Assembly (NCBI GenBank): GCA_012799825.1
Contig: JAAZKK010000023.1
Span: 3,953 to 67,952 of the forward strand
Length of the DNA stretch: 64,000 nt
DNA from: Clostridiaceae bacterium
GTDB taxonomy: Bacteria > Bacillota > Clostridia > Saccharofermentanales > DTU023
Direction of reading: 5' to 3'
The translations under genes were made by a program, and so were the position numbers. Of this stretch, positions 7,339 through 16,464 are shown one piece after another. The stretch's first letter is position 1. Each line of letters begins with the position of its first letter. The notes under the pieces are model-generated. The model did no database searches. It was given only the letters and a program-made list of their open reading frames with translations, and was not told the DNA's origin.

Positions 7339-9456
7339 ATGAAAAAAGAGTCGCTAGATCGCCTTTTTAAACCCGATTCGGTAGCCATCATCGGTGCTTC
7401 ATCTAAGCCCGGCAAAATTGGTTATGCCGTTGTCGAAGCGTTAAACGAGGGAAAGTATGAAGGAAAAATCTTTCCCGTAAACCTCAGAGAAAAGGAGATA
7501 CTCGGTCATAAAGCCTATCCGGCTATCGGCGATATCCCGGAGAAGGTTGACCTCGCGGTTATTTCGATTCCCGCAAAATTTGTCCCCGATACAGTTGAAG
7601 AATGCGGTAAAGCAGGGGTCGGCGGGGTCAGTATCATCACATCCGGCTTCAGCGAGGTCGGAAACCATGAAGCGGAGCAGCGCATACTGGAAATTGTCAA
7701 ACGTTACGGAATGCGCATGATGGGTCCGAACATCATCGGCACGCTGAGCAATTCGCATAAGCTCAACGCCTCCTTTGCGCCGATGTTGCCGCTTCCCGGA
7801 AAGAGTGCTTTGATTTCACAGTCGGGCGCTCTTTTGATTGCGTTGGATGCGGGGACGTATCTTCGCGGCGTCGGCTTTGACAAATTGTTTTCTCTTGGGA
7901 ACATGGCTGATGTGGACTTTGCCGATATCGTGGAATGGTTGGACAAAGATGATTTTACCAACAGCATCGCACTTTATATCGAGGGGATGAGCAAGGGCCG
8001 TCGTTTCATGGAAGTCTGCCAAAAATGCAGCAAACCGGTCATCGCTTTGAAGTCCGGTGTTTCCTCGCACGGTGCCGCCGCCGCGGCCTCCCATACCGGT
8101 TCGCTGGCGGGTGCGGCGAAAGTATATGGCGCGGCTTTCCGTCAGGCCGGTGTTGTAGAAGCCGAAAGCTTGAATCACCTCTTTGACCTCACACAGGCCT
8201 TTCAACTTCAGCCGCCCATGCAAGGCGACAACCTTCTTATTGTTACAAATGGCGGAGGCGTCGGCGTTCTGGCGACGGATTCCGCTGAACGTTACGGCAT
8301 TCCGCTGAAATTCTTGCCGGATGATCTCCAAGTCGAAATGAAGAAATATATGCCCGATTTCGGATCTGCTAAAAATCCCGTCGACATCACCGGACAAGCA
8401 GGTCTTGAAGGTTATCAGAAGAGCATTGAATTTGGGCTCAAACAAGAGTGGGTCGATGGTTTGGCCGTGCTTTATTGCGAAACGGCCGTCACCAATCCGA
8501 TGGAGATCGCCGAAGGCATCTATAACGCTGTGAAAGCGGCCGGTCCTGTGATGGACTATAAACCCGTCGCCGTCGCTTTTGTTGGCGGCGAAAGAAGCGC
8601 TGAGGCGGTGCGCTGGCTTATCGACAACGGCATTCCCGCTTATGACGATCCGAATCGCGCTGTCAGCGCGTTGAGCGCTTTGCGTCATTACGCGCGGATG
8701 CAGGAAGAAAAAGTCGGCATGACACAGATGGTGCCGGCGGTCGATGGCGCTTATGAGAAAGCGCTCGCCATCATCAAAGGCGCGCGTGAAAGCGGTCGCG
8801 ACGCGCTCACTGAAGTTGAAGCGAAAGATGTCTTTGCCGCGTATGGCCTGAATGTTACCAAAACGACACTCGCGAAAACAGAAGATGAAGCGGTGGCCAT
8901 GGCTGAAGATATCGGCTATCCGATCGTGATGAAGATCGTATCTCCTGACATTCTCCATAAATCGGATGCCGGCGGCGTGGTCGTCAACATCAAGAACGAG
9001 CAGATGGTGCGTGACGCCTATAAGAGGATTCTCGACAATGCGATTGCTTATGATCCCGATGCCGACATTTATGGCGTCGCCGTACAGGAGATGGCGCCCT
9101 CGGGAACAGAAGTTATCTTAGGTTCTACAACGGATCCCGCGTTCGGTCCCGTGCTCATGTTCGGTCTTGGCGGCATTTTCGTTGAAGTGTTGAAAGACGT
9201 GACGTTTGCCGTATGCCCCGTGTCTGAAGCACAGGGGATGAAGATGCAATCACAAATCCGCGGTGCGGGTATCTTGAAAGGAGCTCGCGGTGAAGCGCCG
9301 CGCGATCAAGAAGCCATGGCGGAACTCATCGCGCGTTATTCAACGATGATGTACGATCTTCGAGATGAGATCAAGGAATCAGATGCGAACCCCGTTATGC
9401 TGTATGAGCAGGGGAAAGGCCTTAAAGTGGTCGATGCGCGCATCATTCTAACATAA
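7339..9456 (+). CDS. ADP-forming acetyl-CoA synthetase / acetate--CoA ligase (fused alpha-beta, NDP-forming acyl-CoA synthetase family)
   Basis: It has a CoA-binding N-terminus (LFKPDSVAIIGASSKPGKIGY) and a succinyl-CoA-synthetase-like ligase domain with SHTGSLAG. A C-terminal ATP-grasp domain follows (YPIVMKIVSPDILHKSDAGGV). I prefer the start at 7339 (aaggag RBS at 7325-7330) over the listed 7318. Confidence 0.85.
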   Translation: MKKESLDRLFKPDSVAIIGASSKPGKIGYAVVEALNEGKYEGKIFPVNLREKEILGHKAYPAIGDIPEKVDLAVISIPAKFVPDTVEECGKAGVGGVSIITSGFSEVGNHEAEQRILEIVKRYGMRMMGPNIIGTLSNSHKLNASFAPMLPLPGKSALISQSGALLIALDAGTYLRGVGFDKLFSLGNMADVDFADIVEWLDKDDFTNSIALYIEGMSKGRRFMEVCQKCSKPVIALKSGVSSHGAAAAASHTGSLAGAAKVYGAAFRQAGVVEAESLNHLFDLTQAFQLQPPMQGDNLLIVTNGGGVGVLATDSAERYGIPLKFLPDDLQVEMKKYMPDFGSAKNPVDITGQAGLEGYQKSIEFGLKQEWVDGLAVLYCETAVTNPMEIAEGIYNAVKAAGPVMDYKPVAVAFVGGERSAEAVRWLIDNGIPAYDDPNRAVSALSALRHYARMQEEKVGMTQMVPAVDGAYEKALAIIKGARESGRDALTEVEAKDVFAAYGLNVTKTTLAKTEDEAVAMAEDIGYPIVMKIVSPDILHKSDAGGVVVNIKNEQMVRDAYKRILDNAIAYDPDADIYGVAVQEMAPSGTEVILGSTTDPAFGPVLMFGLGGIFVEVLKDVTFAVCPVSEAQGMKMQSQIRGAGILKGARGEAPRDQEAMAELIARYSTMMYDLRDEIKESDANPVMLYEQGKGLKVVDARIILT

Positions 9457-9482
9457 GTTATTAAAAAAATTGAATGTCTTAA

Positions 9483-9520
9483 TCAAAAGGGGCAGTCTCA
9501 AATGAGGTTGCCCCTTTTGA
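9483..9520. terminator. Hairpin terminator after the acetyl-CoA synthetase gene (possibly bidirectional)
   Basis: The stem tcaaaaggggca / tgccccttttga flanks a 14-nt loop. Its GC core is flanked by an A-run and a T-run. Confidence 0.7.
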
Positions 9521-9649
9521 TGAATACAGGAAGTTACTTCTAACAGAATCATCAAAAAAGTGACTCTAAATGATCAAATCTAGGTTTTGGTATGAAAATC
9601 TGAAATCGGGTGCAGAATAGGGTGCAGAAATCTGACGATGAGTAGGATT

Positions 9650-9690
9650 AGAAAAACTTAAACCGCCGAGATGTTGTCGTACCGGCGGTT
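9650..9690 (-). terminator. Rho-independent terminator of the tRNA operon
   Basis: On the minus strand, the stem aaccgccg/cggcggtt is followed by tttaagttttt. It lies immediately after tRNA-Lys. Confidence 0.7.
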
Positions 9691-9696
9691 TCGTTG

Positions 9697-9772
9697 TGGT
9701 GATCCACCGGGGACTCGAACCCCGGGCCCCTTGATTAAAAGTCAAGTGCTCTACCGTCTGAGCTAGTGGATC
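9697..9772 (-). tRNA. tRNA-Lys (anticodon UUU)
   Basis: The reverse complement folds as a cloverleaf with acceptor GATCCAC/GTGGATC. The anticodon arm is CTTGA-CTTTTAA-TCAAG, the T-loop is GGTTCGAGTCC, and CCA is encoded. Confidence 0.93.
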
Positions 9773-9775
9773 GTT

Positions 9776-9851
9776 TGGCTGGGATGGCAGGACTTGAACC
9801 TGCGAATGCGGGAGTCAAAGTCCCGTGCCTTTACCACTTGGCTACACCCCA
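9776..9851 (-). tRNA. tRNA-Gln (anticodon UUG)
   Basis: The reverse complement begins TGGGGTGTAGCCAAGTGGTAAAGGC. The anticodon arm is CGGGA-CTTTGAC-TCCCG, the T-arm is GCAGGTTCAAGTCCTGC, and CCA is encoded. Confidence 0.92.
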
Positions 9852-9870
9852 ACGTCTTATAAGCCAAATA

Positions 9871-9948
9871 TGGGGTGGAATATGGGACTTGAACCCACGA
9901 CCTCCAGGGCCACAACCTGGCACTCTGACCAACTGAGCTAATTCCACC
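9871..9948 (-). tRNA. tRNA-His (anticodon GUG, with encoded G-1)
   Basis: The reverse complement begins G-GTGGAATTAGCTCAGTTGGTCAGAGT. The anticodon arm is CCAGG-TTGTGGC-CCTGG. The extra 5' G opposite discriminator C is typical of tRNA-His, and CCA is encoded. Confidence 0.92.
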
Positions 9949-9973
9949 ATCTCATTCAGAAAAGGCTCCATGT

Positions 9974-10002
9974 ATTCTAGCAAGCGATTTTGACGCTGTC
10001 AA
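9974..10002 (-). promoter_or_regulatory. Sigma-A-type promoter of the His-Gln-Lys tRNA operon
   Basis: The minus strand reads TTGACA, a 17-nt spacer, then TAGAAT. It lies ~25 nt upstream of tRNA-His. Confidence 0.7.
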
Positions 10003-10057
10003 GGATTTGACGGGAGGCGCCAAAACGTGGGAAACTTAGGAGGAAAGGGCAAGGTAT

Positions 10058-12034
10058 ATGAGTCAAACTTACGATAATACAAGCATTTCTCAACTTAAAG
10101 GTCCGGATCGTGTCAGACTGCGGCCGGGCGTCATGTTCGGATCCGATGATCTGCGCGGATGTCAGCAGGCGTTCTTTGAGATCTTATCGAATTCGATCGA
10201 TGAGGCGCGCGAGGGGCACGGCAAAGTGATCTCGATACGGCGCTATGAAGATTATTCGATTGAAATTACCGATCGCGGACGCGGCATTCCGCTCGATTTC
10301 AACCCGAATGAGAAACGTTACAACTGGGAACTCGTCTATTGCGAACTTTATGCCGGAGGCAAGTATAAGACCAACCTTGGCATGAACTATGAATACAGTT
10401 TGGGACTAAACGGCCTCGGCGCCTGTGCCACACAGTACGCGTCGCGCTGGTTTGATGTCTCCGTCTATCGTGACGGGTACCTGTATGAATTGCATTTTGA
10501 GCGCGGAGTCAATATCGGCGGACTTAAGAAAACAGAAACGAATCGAACGACGACCGGTACGACACAGCGTTGGCTTCCCGACGACGATGTCTTTACCGAT
10601 ATCGAAATTCCTTCATCGTATTTTATAAGCACGCTCAAGCAACAGGCCGTCGTGAATAGGGGCGTAACATTTGAGTTCACAGATGACGTCGAATCGATTA
10701 AGGAAACCTTCTGTTATCCGGAGGGCATTCTCGGCATGGTAGAGGAAATGAACGAGAATGGTCTCACTAAAGCTGCGTACTTTACCGGTGAGGGCAGAGG
10801 TCGTGATCGGAAAGATCGCGATGATTACAATGTCAAGTGCGAAGTGGCCTTTGCGTTTAACAATAATGTCAACAGCCTGACGTATTATCACAACTCATCT
10901 TGGCTTGAATACGGCGGCTCGCCTGATCGCGCGATTCGATCGGCATTTCTTTCGGAATTTGACGCTTTTTTGAAAGACGAAGGTAAATATCGCGCCAACG
11001 AACCCAAAATCACATTTGGCGACATTGAAGAAAGTCTTATCCTGATCACCAGCTCGTTTTCAACGGTCACAAGTTACGAAAACCAGACGAAGCGTTCCAT
11101 TAACAATCGATATATTCAGCGTTTCATGACGGATCTCATCCGTCGGAATGTACATGTGTGGTTTCTTGAGCATCGTGAGGATGCTCTCCGCGCCGCCGAT
11201 CAAGTGCTGCTTAACCGGCGAAGCCGTGAAAAAGCCGAGAAGACGCGTTTAACCGTCAAGAAAAATCTTATGCAGCAGCTCGATGTTTCGACTAGGGTGC
11301 GTCTCTTCGTCGATTGTCGTACGCAGGATGTCAGCAAGCGCGAGCTATATATCGTTGAAGGCAACTCCGCCTTGGGATCGGTTAAGATGGGTCGCGATGC
11401 GGAGTTTCAGGCTGTCATTCCCGTCCGGGGGAAGATTTTGAACTGTCTTAAGGCTGATTATCAGGCGATTTTCAAGAATGACATCATCATGGATCTTATC
11501 AAGATCTTAGGCTGCGGTGTCGATCTGCCGAAAAAGTACAGCAAAAATATCCTTCCATTTGACATTGAAAAGTTGCGCTGGAATAAGGTCATCATCTGTA
11601 CGGATGCGGATGTTGACGGTTTTCAGATTCGAACTTTGATCCTAGCGATGTTCTATAGGTTGACGCCCGAACTGATTCGCCAACAAAAGATCTTTATTGC
11701 CGAATCACCGCTTTATGAGATTACGCATCGATTAAAACATATTGATCGCACGTATTTCGTTTACTCCGATCAGGAAAAAAATGAGCTGCTTTCGTCGCTT
11801 ACTGACGGTTCCGTCCATATTCAGCGCTCCAAAGGTCTCGGCGAGAACGAGCCGGAGATGATGTGGGATACTACAATGAATCCCAAGACACGTCGACTTG
11901 TCGCCGTGATGCCGGAAGATGAAGAGACGATGGAGTCTACATTTAATTTGCTGCTTGGAAGTGACGTTTCGGGTCGTCGCACATGTATTGAGGAAACAGG
12001 ACATCTCTATCTTGAGATGCTCGATGTCGGTTAG
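10058..12034 (+). CDS. parE: Type IIA topoisomerase subunit B (topoisomerase IV ParE-like)
   Basis: It has a GHKL ATPase N-terminus (EILSNSIDEA, GLNGLGA) and Toprim motifs (EGNSALGS, PVRGKILN, CTDADVDG). I call it ParE rather than GyrB because the partner A subunit is short and shows no GyrA-box. Confidence 0.7.
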   Translation: MSQTYDNTSISQLKGPDRVRLRPGVMFGSDDLRGCQQAFFEILSNSIDEAREGHGKVISIRRYEDYSIEITDRGRGIPLDFNPNEKRYNWELVYCELYAGGKYKTNLGMNYEYSLGLNGLGACATQYASRWFDVSVYRDGYLYELHFERGVNIGGLKKTETNRTTTGTTQRWLPDDDVFTDIEIPSSYFISTLKQQAVVNRGVTFEFTDDVESIKETFCYPEGILGMVEEMNENGLTKAAYFTGEGRGRDRKDRDDYNVKCEVAFAFNNNVNSLTYYHNSSWLEYGGSPDRAIRSAFLSEFDAFLKDEGKYRANEPKITFGDIEESLILITSSFSTVTSYENQTKRSINNRYIQRFMTDLIRRNVHVWFLEHREDALRAADQVLLNRRSREKAEKTRLTVKKNLMQQLDVSTRVRLFVDCRTQDVSKRELYIVEGNSALGSVKMGRDAEFQAVIPVRGKILNCLKADYQAIFKNDIIMDLIKILGCGVDLPKKYSKNILPFDIEKLRWNKVIICTDADVDGFQIRTLILAMFYRLTPELIRQQKIFIAESPLYEITHRLKHIDRTYFVYSDQEKNELLSSLTDGSVHIQRSKGLGENEPEMMWDTTMNPKTRRLVAVMPEDEETMESTFNLLLGSDVSGRRTCIEETGHLYLEMLDVG

Positions 12035-12136
12035 TTGCAGCCGCTCCGAATGTAGCTTGAAAGTCCCTGTATAATTGATTTTTGGGTGTTTGCATGTCAA
12101 CACTCCCGTCTTGACGAAGAAAGGAACGAAGGCGTC

Positions 12137-14371
12137 ATGCCAGCTAAAAAACGCAAAAAAGAAGCCGGAGATCTAAAAGGCGCTTTCATCGAGCAGCCGG
12201 TTTCGACCACGCTTTACGATAACTATATGCCGTACGCGATGAGCGTTATTGTGTCGCGCGCGATTCCGGAGATCGACGGCTTTAAACCGTCACACCGAAA
12301 ATTGTTATATACGATGTACACGATGAATCTGCTCAGCGGCCACCGCGCAAAATCTGCGGACGTTGTCGGACAGACGATGAAGCTTAATCCTCATGGCGAT
12401 CAAGCCATTTACGAGACGATGGTTCGACTGACGAGAGGCAACGGCGCGTTGCTTCATCCTTGGATCGATTCCAAGGGCAACTTTGGCAGTGTGACATCGC
12501 GCGACATGCAGTACGCCGCGTCGCGCTACACGGAAGTCCGTCTTGACCCGTCTTGTGAGGCACTATTCTCCGGTCTTTCTAAGCAAGCTGTCGATTTCGT
12601 TGACAACTATTCCGGCACCATGAAAGAGCCGCTGTTGCTTCCGGCGACGTTTCCGACGATTCTAGTCAACAACAATCAAGGCATTGCGGTCGGTATGGCG
12701 AGTAATATTTGCTCATTTAACTTAAAGGAAGTCTGTGAGGCGACGATCGCGCTGATCGATGACCCGGAGGCCGATCTTTTGGATTATATGCCTGCGCCCG
12801 ATTTCTCAACGGGCGGTTATATTATCTACGACCGCGACCAGATGCGCGAAATTTATAAGACGGGAAGAGGATCGTTTCAGCTTCGCGGCGCGGTGGACAT
12901 CAATCGCAAAGAACGCAGGATTGAAATCAGAGAAATTCCCTATACGACGACGATCGAAGCGATCATTGAAGACATCGCTGACGGTATGAAGTCGGGACAA
13001 TATAACGATGTCGTCAACGTGCGCGATGAGACAGACCTGAACGGGCTTTGCATTACTGTCGAATACCGCGCTTCGACCGATGCCGATGTGTTGCTCCACA
13101 GGCTCTTTGAGAAGACGCCGTTGCAGAGTTCTTTTTCATGCAACTTTAATGTGCTGATCAACGGACAGCCGAAAGTTCTCGGCGTACGCGAAATTCTCAA
13201 CGAATGGATTCTTTGGCGCAGCGGCTGCATTGTCAGAGAGGCTAAATATGATGCGGCGCGCATGCGCGACAGGCTTCATCTTTTACGCGGTATGGAGAAA
13301 ATTCTGCTCGATATCGACAAGGCCATTGCCGTCATCCGCCTTACGGAATCTGAAAAAGAAGTGGTGCCGCGCCTGATGCAAGCGTTCGATATCGATGAGG
13401 TGCAGGCGGAAAACGTCGCTGATATCAAACTCCGTCACTTGAACCGAGATTACATTTTGAAGCGGCTCCGTGATATCGATATTTTGGAAAAAGACATCGC
13501 CGATCTTGAGCGCCTGATCGGAAGTAAAACGCGTATCCGAAATAAAATAAAAGCGCAACTTGCAGATGTGGCCAAAAAGTATGGTCGCGAGCGCAAAACA
13601 CAACTGATCGAGCCGGACGACATTGAAATACCGGAAGAGGAAGATTTGATTCCGAATTACAATATGCGCCTTTATTTGACGCAAGAGGGCTATATCAAAA
13701 AGCTTGCCTTGACATCGCTGCGCGGCAATTTTGAAATTAAAGTTAAGGAAGGCGATCGGCTCATCCAAGAGATTGAGTCGACGAACCATTCCGAATTGCT
13801 TTTCTTCACGGATAAGGCGCAGGTCTACAAGCTCAAAGCCTGGGAAATCGAGGATCACCGGCCGTCTTTGCTGGGTGAGTATTCACCCAATCTTCTCGAC
13901 CTCGATGAGGATGAACGTGTCGTGTTTATCCATTCCGTTGAGGATGATCAGTTTGTCGGCGAATTCCTGTTTGTATTTCAAAACGGCAAGGGTGTGCGCG
14001 TCGATGTGGTCCACTACGAGACGAAACAGCGTCGAAAGAAACTTGTCAACGCTTACAGTGACGCATCGTCCCTTATCGGCATGGCTTTTGTACCGCCCGA
14101 AGAGGATCCGATATTTGCCATTCGTTCGAAAAAGAATAAATTACTCGTCTTTTCATCGTCCTTGATCGTTCAGAAAGCGACGCGTCAAGCGCAAGGTGCG
14201 ACGATCTTGCGATCCAAGAATGACGTTGTGGTAAGTTTTCTGACCGAAGCGGATCTCCATTTTGTCGAGGATCTCCAGTATTACAAGATTGCGAAGATTC
14301 CGACAGCCGGCAGATATATTCGTGAAGAGACAATAGAAGCGCGACAATTGTCGCTTATGGACAATGTTTAA
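12137..14371 (+). CDS. parC: Type IIA topoisomerase subunit A (topoisomerase IV ParC-like)
   Basis: Motifs include AMSVIVSRAIPEIDGFKPSHRKLLY, NPHGD and the catalytic Tyr region AASRYTE. At 744 aa it shows no QRRGGKG GyrA-box. I prefer the start at 12137 (MPAKKRKK, gaagg RBS) over the listed 12086. Confidence 0.7.
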   Translation: MPAKKRKKEAGDLKGAFIEQPVSTTLYDNYMPYAMSVIVSRAIPEIDGFKPSHRKLLYTMYTMNLLSGHRAKSADVVGQTMKLNPHGDQAIYETMVRLTRGNGALLHPWIDSKGNFGSVTSRDMQYAASRYTEVRLDPSCEALFSGLSKQAVDFVDNYSGTMKEPLLLPATFPTILVNNNQGIAVGMASNICSFNLKEVCEATIALIDDPEADLLDYMPAPDFSTGGYIIYDRDQMREIYKTGRGSFQLRGAVDINRKERRIEIREIPYTTTIEAIIEDIADGMKSGQYNDVVNVRDETDLNGLCITVEYRASTDADVLLHRLFEKTPLQSSFSCNFNVLINGQPKVLGVREILNEWILWRSGCIVREAKYDAARMRDRLHLLRGMEKILLDIDKAIAVIRLTESEKEVVPRLMQAFDIDEVQAENVADIKLRHLNRDYILKRLRDIDILEKDIADLERLIGSKTRIRNKIKAQLADVAKKYGRERKTQLIEPDDIEIPEEEDLIPNYNMRLYLTQEGYIKKLALTSLRGNFEIKVKEGDRLIQEIESTNHSELLFFTDKAQVYKLKAWEIEDHRPSLLGEYSPNLLDLDEDERVVFIHSVEDDQFVGEFLFVFQNGKGVRVDVVHYETKQRRKKLVNAYSDASSLIGMAFVPPEEDPIFAIRSKKNKLLVFSSSLIVQKATRQAQGATILRSKNDVVVSFLTEADLHFVEDLQYYKIAKIPTAGRYIREETIEARQLSLMDNV

Positions 14372-16268
14372 GCGTTCCGACAAGAAGTCGGGCATCGCGA
14401 CCACGCCCCGTTCCGCTGCTCGAGCACGTCAACGGCGGACGATCGCGGTCGCCTTGGCGGCACTTGTGTTCGCCATCGCGTTGCTTTGGCTTGTCCTGAG
14501 AAAGAACGACCCTGTTGTGCCATACACATGGCGTGATTTCGAGAGTGTTTTCGAGCGTGGCGACGACGACCGGGTGATCGCAATGTATGACGAAGTGAGA
14601 CTTTTTCGTGCTCATCATATCTCTTTCGAGGAGTCTTCTGTTCAATCGGTGATCGCCGAGGCCGATCAGCTCATCGAACGTGTGGAAGATGAGGTTGCTT
14701 CGCGAGGCAAGGTTCTTCTATCAAAGGCGGCTCAAGGTGAGCGTTGGACGCCTAAAGAGACATACCGCATGGCGCGCTATTCGCCGATAGCGATGACCTC
14801 TTTTACCGAATATATTAACGGTGTTATCGCGGATTATCTTGAGGGCAATATCGACGAGAACACGATCCTCCGATTCGCAGACAATGTGCTCAGTGTCGTT
14901 CCTTTCCGACAAGAGTTCGGCTCTTTTTTTGGTGAAGAAGCCACGATGACAGCGGCGCGCGAAGTGATCGACAAAGTCCTCAAGGCGGGGGTCGATAAGT
15001 ATCGCGACGAACAGCTTACGCTGCTTGACGGTATGCGGAGCAACAATACATTCAAAACGGTAAAACCTCTTGTTCATTACGTTCGTGACAAAATGTGGGA
15101 GATCAAACGGATGTATTACGGGGAGCTCATGCCTGAGATTCGTGATCACATGTCTCATGAGCAAACGTACGATGCGGAGCAGCGAATCAAGCGCCTCATT
15201 CGGTGGTTTCCGGAAGATGAAGAACTGCTTTCGTTCCAATCCGTATGCAAAGAAGTGAATCCTGAGCGCGTCATTTTCTGGCGTGATCCGGTCGAGCACC
15301 TTTCAATCAAACCCCTGATCGCCGATCCTGACCGCGCGTTTGACGGCGATGTATTTCAGCCGGCGGCCGATAGGGATCTTGTTCTGATCTCGGAATTGGA
15401 ACGCGCGCTCGATACGCTCTACCAAAAAGATTACGTTTTAGTCGATGAACGATCGCTCGTGAACGAAAATGGCCAGTTGCGCCATGTGCCCGTTCCGGAA
15501 GGCAAAAAACCGCTCGTTTTGGTGTTGGAAGATTTCTATGCGTCAGGCCCGCGCACCGAGAGCGGTATCGCTCACCGGCTTGAACTCGACGATGAAGGTC
15601 GGATAATCGGTGTCGTACTCGATTTAGACGGTACGGAACGTCGTAATCGATCTTACACGGCGATCGGTGTCATTGAAGCGTTTATTGATCAGCATCCCGA
15701 TTTTTCATTCAATGGAGCAAGGGGAACGATCGCGATCGTGGGACAGTTCGGGTTGTTCGGTTACCCTGTGGCACAGGTCCAGGATCTTGCGTGGCAATAC
15801 AACGCCACAAACCAAGGATCAGAAGACATTAAACCTGTGTCTTCGGATTATGAAGGAAACCGTGGCGTCGTGACAGCAATCCTTGAGGCGCTTCATAGAA
15901 AGAACTGGAACATCGCTTCCGGGAGTTACCATCGCCTTTCTATTCCATTTTCGTCGGAGCAGGATATCTTCGAAGACTTCCAAATGTGGGAGCGCTGGAT
16001 CGAACCGTACACGGACGACGTGTGGGCCTTTTATTATCCTTTTGGCGAGCACGCCGAGCTTTATCCCAAAAGAACAGCTGTATTGAAAGAACAGGGGTTC
16101 ATTCTCCATTCCGGTTACGGACCGACGCCCTACCGGCATCAAAGCGATGGCTACCTCTACGTATCACGTGTACTGCTTTCAGGACATAACCTGCGTCATG
16201 CGAAAGCATCCGGCCTTGACCGGCTCATGAGCGGGAATGTGATCCTCGATACGGGTGCACGGCGTTAA
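14364..16268 (+). CDS. Hypothetical membrane-anchored protein (basic N-terminus, one TM, ~580-aa extracytoplasmic part)
   Basis: This is a 634-aa ORF with coding-like composition and a TM segment IAVALAALVFAIALLWLVL. Its ATG overlaps the parC stop by 8 nt. I recognised no domain. Confidence 0.6.
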   Translation: MFKRSDKKSGIATTPRSAARARQRRTIAVALAALVFAIALLWLVLRKNDPVVPYTWRDFESVFERGDDDRVIAMYDEVRLFRAHHISFEESSVQSVIAEADQLIERVEDEVASRGKVLLSKAAQGERWTPKETYRMARYSPIAMTSFTEYINGVIADYLEGNIDENTILRFADNVLSVVPFRQEFGSFFGEEATMTAAREVIDKVLKAGVDKYRDEQLTLLDGMRSNNTFKTVKPLVHYVRDKMWEIKRMYYGELMPEIRDHMSHEQTYDAEQRIKRLIRWFPEDEELLSFQSVCKEVNPERVIFWRDPVEHLSIKPLIADPDRAFDGDVFQPAADRDLVLISELERALDTLYQKDYVLVDERSLVNENGQLRHVPVPEGKKPLVLVLEDFYASGPRTESGIAHRLELDDEGRIIGVVLDLDGTERRNRSYTAIGVIEAFIDQHPDFSFNGARGTIAIVGQFGLFGYPVAQVQDLAWQYNATNQGSEDIKPVSSDYEGNRGVVTAILEALHRKNWNIASGSYHRLSIPFSSEQDIFEDFQMWERWIEPYTDDVWAFYYPFGEHAELYPKRTAVLKEQGFILHSGYGPTPYRHQSDGYLYVSRVLLSGHNLRHAKASGLDRLMSGNVILDTGARR

Positions 16269-16314
16269 CGGACGTTTCATACGCCTTGGTTGATCTGCAA
16301 AATTAACCCTTACT

Positions 16315-16339
16315 AGGTTCGTGCGCGCACGAACTCAAT
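16315..16339. repeat. Palindromic intergenic element, copy 1 (AGGTTCGTGCGCGCACGAACTCAAT)
   Basis: A perfect 18-bp palindrome, GTTCGTGCGCGCACGAAC, sits between convergent genes. A near-identical copy lies 61 bp downstream. Confidence 0.8.
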
Positions 16340-16375
16340 AAAACGTAACGCCTCGTTGAAATATGGACTTGAAAT

Positions 16376-16400
16376 AGGTTCGTGCACGTACGAACTCAAT
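16376..16400. repeat. Palindromic intergenic element, copy 2 (AGGTTCGTGCACGTACGAACTCAAT)
   Basis: It shares 23 of 25 positions with copy 1. The arms GTTCGT/ACGAAC are retained. Confidence 0.8.
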
Positions 16401-16464
16401 GCCTCTTTCTTCTTAGGTTAATAATGTCGGTCATCGATTGGGGCGGGCATGTGACCTCAACGCT

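Noticed and set aside
7816-8958. A 380-aa antisense ORF lies inside the acetyl-CoA synthetase gene. Similar long antisense or off-frame ORFs occur at 3956..4570, 13283..13858, 14721..15299, 21619..22119, 24638..25228, 32514..33104, 39221..39784, 41333..41884, 43717..44244, 44892..45392 and 48033..48503.
   Set aside because: Each lies wholly within a confidently identified sense-strand gene. Arg/His-rich or otherwise skewed translations are typical of antisense frames in GC-rich coding DNA.
9608-9630. A short direct repeat, gggtgcagaa x2, lies near the tRNA operon. I considered it a possible CRISPR or iteron signal.
   Set aside because: There are only two 10-nt copies 3 nt apart. No array structure is present, and no cas or rep genes occur anywhere in the window.
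10058-14371. I considered calling the type IIA topoisomerase pair gyrB/gyrA.
   Set aside because: The A subunit is only 744 aa and I could not find a GyrA-box (QRRGGKG-like). There is no dnaA/dnaN/recF context. I call the pair parE/parC with moderate confidence only.
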